The position numbers and the translations under genes are program-made. This document shows, in pieces, positions 37,481 to 37,511 of a DNA stretch of 37,511 nucleotides. Position 1 is the stretch's first letter. Each line of letters begins with the position of its first letter. The stretch is from Octopus sinensis (Eukaryota). The stretch covers positions 1 through 37,511 of the forward strand of contig NW_021836823.1 of assembly GCF_006345805.1 (NCBI RefSeq), in the 5' to 3' direction. The notes beneath the pieces are model-generated. The model saw only the letters and a program-made list of their open reading frames with translations. It was not told the origin of the DNA and made no database searches.

Positions 37481-37511
37481 TATGTTTACGTCTACTTCAC
37501 TTCGCGGTTCG

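Overview
AT-rich, microsatellite-saturated eukaryotic DNA with no host protein-coding gene I can support. The repeat families resemble those I recall from octopus (coleoid cephalopod) genomes; that assignment is from memory, not a database search. Nearly all supplied ORFs are translations of (AT)n, (AC)n, (AAT)n, (GAT)n or (GAA)n repeats. The only recognisable coding remnants come from retroelements, all on the minus strand: a frameshifted Penelope-like element (PLE) GIY-YIG endonuclease (6013-6370) and several R4/Dong/NeSL-type non-LTR fragments (RT C-terminus, CCHC knuckle, restriction-like endonuclease) at 25.6-27.8, 29.0-29.3 and 36.6-37.5 kb. There are three tRNA-headed SINE families and two copies of a ~540-bp non-coding element flanked by (AAT)n. 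The most interesting signals are: (1) a tRNA-like Pol III head inside the PLE terminal region, with a second short copy that starts at that head and ends in a hammerhead-bearing PLE tail, i.e. a candidate Penelope-mobilised SINE; (2) three unrelated PLE-type termini, each with a minimal hammerhead motif with a palindromic stem III and each arranged as a tail-out inverted repeat; (3) a 92-nt pre-miRNA-like hairpin; (4) a 166-bp insertion with 5-bp flanking direct repeats inside a LINE, whose twin lies 3.6 kb away; (5) a chimeric tandem SINE array joined at one microhomology. Coordinates were read by eye and may be off by a few bases.
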